NCBI RefSeq assembly: GCF_006345805.1
Contig: NC_043001.1
Span: 125,116,001 to 125,180,000, forward strand
Direction of reading: 5' to 3'
Source: Octopus sinensis
Taxonomy: Eukaryota
DNA: 64,000 bases
Shown here: positions 63,835 through 64,000 of the stretch, piece by piece
Position numbering within the stretch: position 1 is the first letter of the stretch
Layout: each line of letters starts with the position of its first letter
Position numbers and translations under genes: made by a program
Notes under the pieces: model-generated
What the model was told of the DNA's origin: nothing
The model's database searches: none
Seen by the model: the letters and a program-made list of their open reading frames with translations, nothing else

Positions 63835-64000
63835 GTGAGTATTTCAAAAGACAGGAGAGAGAGTTAAGGATTTTAAAAGAATTGAAATTTTGACAATAAA
63901 TTTTTTCTCTTGGAATCTTAATCTCCATATCTTTACTATATGAAATTCACAAACAAAAACTTGGTGAAAAATGAAAAACAAAAAACTTTGGAAGAGTGGG

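Overview
AT-rich, repeat-saturated animal genomic DNA. The SINE families, microsatellite load and TE mix point to an octopus (coleoid cephalopod) genome; this is inferred from repeat recognition, not a database hit. Most of the window is transposon-derived: four tRNA- or RTE-related SINE families; RTE, CR1 and R4/Dong LINE remnants; a Penelope element with pseudo-LTRs; two decayed Mag-like Ty3/Gypsy elements; mariner, Tc1 and hAT transposase fossils; many MITEs (Merlin-like, hAT, piggyBac-like, Tc1); and Helitron/Helentron elements. No long host ORF exists. A CpG-rich zone at about 17-21.2 kb looks like a divergent promoter, with a signal-peptide-like first exon running left (19904-19859) and a YY1-type start running right; a few low-confidence plus-strand exons lie downstream. 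Leads worth testing: hammerhead-ribozyme-like motifs in inverted Penelope-type repeats (44.4-44.9 kb, 42.7 kb); an exactly unit-length, circularly permuted inverted pLTR copy (57.2-57.6 kb); a cluster of long foldbacks (39-45 kb); and a 141-nt candidate exon whose single in-frame TAG could be recoded to Trp by A-to-I editing (63812). All coordinates were counted by eye and may be off by a few bases.
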